DNA of 64,000 bases from Entomortierella parvispora E1425 (Eukaryota; Fungi; Mortierellomycota), in the NCBI GenBank assembly GCA_020891255.1, contig BQFW01000003.1:496001-560000 (forward strand), read 5' to 3'. Below the pieces are notes generated by a model. That model did no database searches. It saw only the letters and a program-made list of their open reading frames with translations, and was not told the DNA's origin. Shown one piece after another: positions 59,601 through 64,000 of this stretch (position 1 is its first letter; the number at the start of each line of letters is the position of its first letter). The position numbers were made by a program, and so were the translations under genes.

Positions 59601-60998
59601 TATCTTGTCAGAGATAACATACTGTAATTCAAGAATAGTTCTAACCGCTACGTATTCTGTCAACGCCATCTTAGCTCTCTCATCCAATCTATTACTACCA
59701 TTATTTCTTACGCGCCATCGGAGCAGCTCAACGGTCATTACTTTAATCTAATCTCGACGGCTGTCGAGACCCGCTTCGCAGCCGTTTTACATGACAAGTC
59801 ATTTACTGTCAGATACCAAACTCCCGAGGTCATGAGCCAAATCATGAACGGTCTCGAGGTGCGTAGGAAGCTCCATAAAAGAAAGAGTTGCGGCCATGAG
59901 CGGGACAAGGAGAAGTTAAATCTAACGCACCCTTTTTTATTTTATTTTCGTGTGCTATAGATGTTCAACGGTCTTGCATTGGCATCGACGGATATCAATA
60001 CCCCCATGATCTTTTCCTTCTGCTCTCGATTTTTTGAGTCGTTCGTGGACTTAGTTCGAATCTACAGCAGTTTCCCCGAAGTCCAAATTCTTGTCCTGCA
60101 GGTGTATTCGGACATGATTAAGAATTTTGAGTTTACAACTTTGTCGGCGGATCAGGTCAACTATTTCCATTCCTGTCTTCTCAAGTTGCTCCAAACTTTC
60201 TCTGCCGCCAATCTGGGAACCAAGCGATCATCGGCCTGGGAGGATGCGGAGGAAGATCCCTACAGTGATGTCACGGTGGTCTTGGAGCTTTTGTTGAGTT
60301 TGTTGGAAGTTCGCGGCGTGGACGAGATGCTGAACGGATCGGAATCAGCCGTGCTGCCATCGACAGTCGTGTTTTCAGGAATTAATATTCTGATCCCGAT
60401 GATCAAGGAGAACATGCTCAAGATCCCCCGACTTTGCACGCTCTATGTGCGCCTGATTTCAAGGTTAATCGAGTCATACCCTGGACGATTGATCGAGTTG
60501 CCCGCGGATCTGATGAACAACTTGATGGCGTCGCTCAAGTTTGGCATTGACCATAATATCCTCGAAGTCTCGCATCTGACGTTCCAGGCGATCACGGCCA
60601 TGGCCCTTTACAGTTGCAACCATCGACAGGCAGCAGCTGCCCTTCAGCCACATTTGGACGCGTTCTTGAAGTTGATGTTTGAGCAATTGTTGTTCAAGAA
60701 GCTGGACATGGAGTTGGTGGATGTTGCAGGATCGTGTGTCTTGGCCCTGGTATGTGCTAGACAAGAGGCTTATGGGGGCCTGATCCAGGAGTTGTTGGCG
60801 GCCAGTGAGACACCATTGACGCCAGAGTTGGAGCAGAGACTCTCAAGTTCCTTCCAGCACTTGTCCGAGGCTTTCCCTACTCAGCCTTTGCAGCCCAATC
60901 AAGGATGGACGATGCGAGATGTGGCTATGACGGCAACAAGGAGGGAGATCTTTTTGAGATTCTTGATGGGTGTCCGTGGTGTTTTGCGTGTCAAGTAA
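56696..60998 (+). CDS. XPO4: Exportin-4-like karyopherin
   Basis: MDLPTALATIEKAC..Q|HPSTRVQAEKVLIEFKQS..CQYLL|..VQFHAA..IVREY, AVISKRGW, VRQCLIQLCGLHG, EHLHWLIVITG and LLKIPRLCTLY resemble XPO4 as I recall it. Many short introns. Stop at 60998. Confidence 0.78.
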
Positions 60999-61245
60999 GA
61001 AAGGCGTATAGCACGAAGAAGGGGGTCCTCTGGGTATAGGAGAGGAGGGCTTGTAGAAAGAATAAATTAAGCCATGCACAACTGAGTCATACAATCTGAC
61101 ATGCAGAACCACCATGTTCCATCTTCGACTCAAATTGTGGGTCAAGGTTGTATACAGGTTGACGGTGAATTTTTTTTGTTAAAATGCGATGATGCCTCGC
61201 TACACTCTTCTACTAATTCTAAGAGACAGAAAAGTGGTTTCGGTC

Positions 61246-64000
61246 CTATGCAGCCAGGCCCAAGTTTGCGATCGCCTTCTTGGCCCCCGCAATCTCACTC
61301 TCGTACTTTTCCACCTTGGCATGCGACTCTGCCAGCTTCTTCATCAGCCACTGGACACGAGCATCCACCTCCTTGGGCAATCCACCCCCAGAGGAATAAG
61401 GCCACCAGGATCCGGACTGGCGGTAAGGCAGGTTAGCCAAATCCTTCAATTCGGACTCCCATTTCCCGATCTTGACCATTTCCTCCTTCTCCAAGTGTGT
61501 CGCAGCTTCAAGTTCCATGACCGCTGCAAATCCAATGTCGTTCAAGATCTGTTGGAAGGCCGATCTGTAGATGGGCTTGCCTGGTCGGACACCATAGGGG
61601 CGGCCGTGCTTGTGCACAATCGTGATCAGCTCGGCCTGCTCCAACGCCGCAAAAGACGATTCGTCATTCTTGAAGACGGGGTGGATCTTGAGCTCGTCAA
61701 AGTTGGCCGATTCGCCCGCTACCAATTGCTTCATCACCGTCCAGAACTGGATCGCGGTCCAGTTCAGGGAACGACCATCGGTCGAGTCAAAGTCAAACGC
61801 GTTCTTGCGCACTTCAATCACAGCCCTGCTCAAGATATCATGCACAGCCTCTGCGCATCCGAAATAGTAAAGAAAAAAAAAAGGGTCAGATACAACTGTA
61901 ATCAAGCGGCAGTGGCAGAGTGAGTTTTTCTTGTGGCGTTCTTTACCTTCGGGTCCCATGCCGCTCTTGACTTTTTGCACAAACAACTCCAAATCAGTGA
62001 GTCGTCCACCAATTGTCTGAACGGACGTGATCAAATCTGGGTACTCGTCCCGATCCAAGTACTTGTACACAAACTCCAAGGCTGATTCCAGGGTGGCGTC
62101 CGCCAAAACAATCGTCTCAAATGTCATGTTTGGCAGGGCCTTTGACAATGGCTTAGAGGCCGAGACATTGTTGCTGAGGAACACCACATGGGCAATGTGG
62201 TTCTCCACCAACACTGCAGCCCAATCGGCCAAGTACGTCCACAGTTCCTTGGCATGGGGTCCTTTCTCTCTTGACATGTATCCATCAATGATGATGACTG
62301 GAATCTCATCGGGATCCACCCATTGTCTTTCCTCAGCCTCTCGTCTCTTCTTGGCTTCCGTGGCACCCTTGCGACTGAGATCCAAGCTCTGAGTTGATGA
62401 CGAAGCAAAAGAAGCATCTGTAGGGCAATTGGACAAACCGAGTCCAGATTTGGCGAGAGTGGCACGGCGAGCCTTTTCCTCCACTGTCGCCTCAATCTTT
62501 TTCATGATAGCCTCGGGCGAAAATGTAGACATGTCCTTTGTAGGTGAGGTCTGTTGAATAGCGATAGTCAAGGTGTCCAGAATCTTCTTCAGTTGTCCTT
62601 CGAATGTTGCAGAAAGACCTATTGGCCGTATGCACGGAAAATTGAGATAGAAAATGTCAGATGCCTCTGTCAAAAAGTCATACCTTACATGACCCTTTAC
62701 ATTTGAATACAATGCCACTTACCGGCCTTTTGTCCAGTGGTAGCGGTGATAGCCACATCCATCATGTTGTTGATCGTTGACATGAACTGGAACAAGGGAA
62801 TATATCCAACTTGCTTGGCCAGGTTTGTCAACAGTTCGCTTTCACTCCTGGCATTGGCCAACTCCTCGCAACGGATGACGACCTTGTGCTTCTTCTCCTT
62901 GATCACAAACTCAACCATCTCTGTCTTTCCTGCACCACGGGGTCCGTGGACAATCGCAAAGGACTCTGGTGGAACATTCAGCCAGTTACGAAGCTTCTCC
63001 TCATCATGCTCACGCTCACGCCATCCGTTCACTTGAAGGGGATCCTGCGATCGGGTCAAGCGCCCGACTGTTTCCTTTCGCAGCCACCTCAAAACTGCGT
63101 ATTCGTCCAGGTTGAACAGCTGTGTGATCTTGGCGTGCATGCTGAAAACGCGCATGGGATCAAAAACCATGAAGGAGACTCCGGCAAGGGCCATACCGCC
63201 AAGGGGAACACTGATCCTGGGGTGGTTCGTCAACCAAGACCAAATGGCGTTGCCCTGAAGGGTCCTCTCATATGTCACGTTCAAGCGCACGCCGTTGATC
63301 TCTGCTCCATGAAGACAACTCTTGGCACTTGTGGCAGCTCTCATGAACGAGTACTGAACAATCGCCTGCTTCGGCATGTCCTTGACAATAGGCAGGGGCG
63401 TGATATCCATGATCTTTCCATACTTGCGGAACATGGTGTAGAGTCCTTCGACATTCAGATCTCCAGTGTATTCGATCCTGATACGATTGTTGGGGTATCG
63501 ACTGGCCATATCCTCCAAGAAGGGGGCTCCCTTGACAAGGAAAGCCCGCACTTTTTGAAAGTTGAACCACATGTAATGTCCATGACTGATCAAGTGTTGT
63601 TCGCATCGACTCTCAATCTCCTTCAAGGCTTCCCGAGTTGTGTACGAACTTGGGTGGACATATGAAAAGTGAACAAACATGCCACCATCTTTCAATCTAT
63701 GAGACATTTAAACCGCGGTCAAATTTTGTCAGTGCGCTGTTGTCCAGTCAGGTCTAGACTCTCCTTGCTCCGACATAGTTCCAGAGCAGTAAGGTAACGG
63801 CGCACAAGAGGCGAGTCCTGCCTTGTTCCCCCTCTCACCTTGGTTCAATGCCTCCAATCTTGAAGTGAAAAGGCATGGCGTTCTCTGGAGGCACGAGCTC
63901 CTCCTTGGCTTTGCGTTCCAGTTGTTTCCAGCCTGGCTTGAGCAGTGAGTAGCGGATATCCCACCAGCCCATCTTGAGCGGGTACGCGTTGTCAAAGTAC
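61246..64000 (-). CDS. YME2: Mitochondrial escape protein 2 (RRM, TM, AAA/RNA12 domain), 5'-truncated by the window edge
   Basis: YFDNAYPL, R|LKDGGMFVHF, KGAPFLEDM, RRM (LYTMFRKYGKI), hydrophobic PRISVPLGGMALAG, Walker A GPRGAGKT, PVIIIDGY and IGGRLTDLE. Confidence 0.93.

Noticed and set aside
1-64000. tRNA, rRNA, snRNA, transposon, CRISPR or in-frame TGA (selenoprotein) signals
   Set aside because: A visual scan found no convincing T-loop/D-loop pairs, U1/U2/U5/U6 signatures, transposase or RT motifs, spaced direct-repeat arrays, or TGA-interrupted conserved domains. tRNAscan-SE and Infernal would be needed to exclude them formally.

Overview
Gene-dense, intron-containing eukaryotic DNA with short GT-AG introns, CTRAC branch points, microsatellite-rich intergenic spacers and Q/S/H-rich proteins. 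It is most likely an early-diverging fungus such as Mortierellaceae; this is inferred from gene content and style, not tested. I can support 17 protein-coding genes: RPA135 (5'-truncated), MET7/FPGS, a chromodomain-C2H2-coiled-coil protein, ERG12, a Crz1-like C2H2 factor, MRPL25, a PFK-2/FBPase-2, a Golgi-type sulfotransferase-like protein, a RidA/YjgF protein, a ZFAND2-like AN1 protein, a beta-TrCP-like F-box/WD40, NIC96, a type III glutamine synthetase, an Spt23/Mga2-like factor fused to C2H2 fingers, an Sds3-like protein, an orphan ORF, XPO4-like, plus YME2 truncated at the right edge. I saw no rRNA, tRNA, transposon or CRISPR array. The main highlights are: (1) an Spt23/Mga2-type DBD-IPT-ankyrin protein with no membrane anchor that splices in frame into three Crz1-like zinc fingers; (2) a strongly codon-biased GSIII; (3) a type II membrane sulfotransferase fold with both PAPS-binding motifs degenerate; (4) a start codon split by a 681-nt intron; (5) a probable dual-start FPGS. 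Exon boundaries and all family assignments were made by eye, from recalled motifs, without searches.
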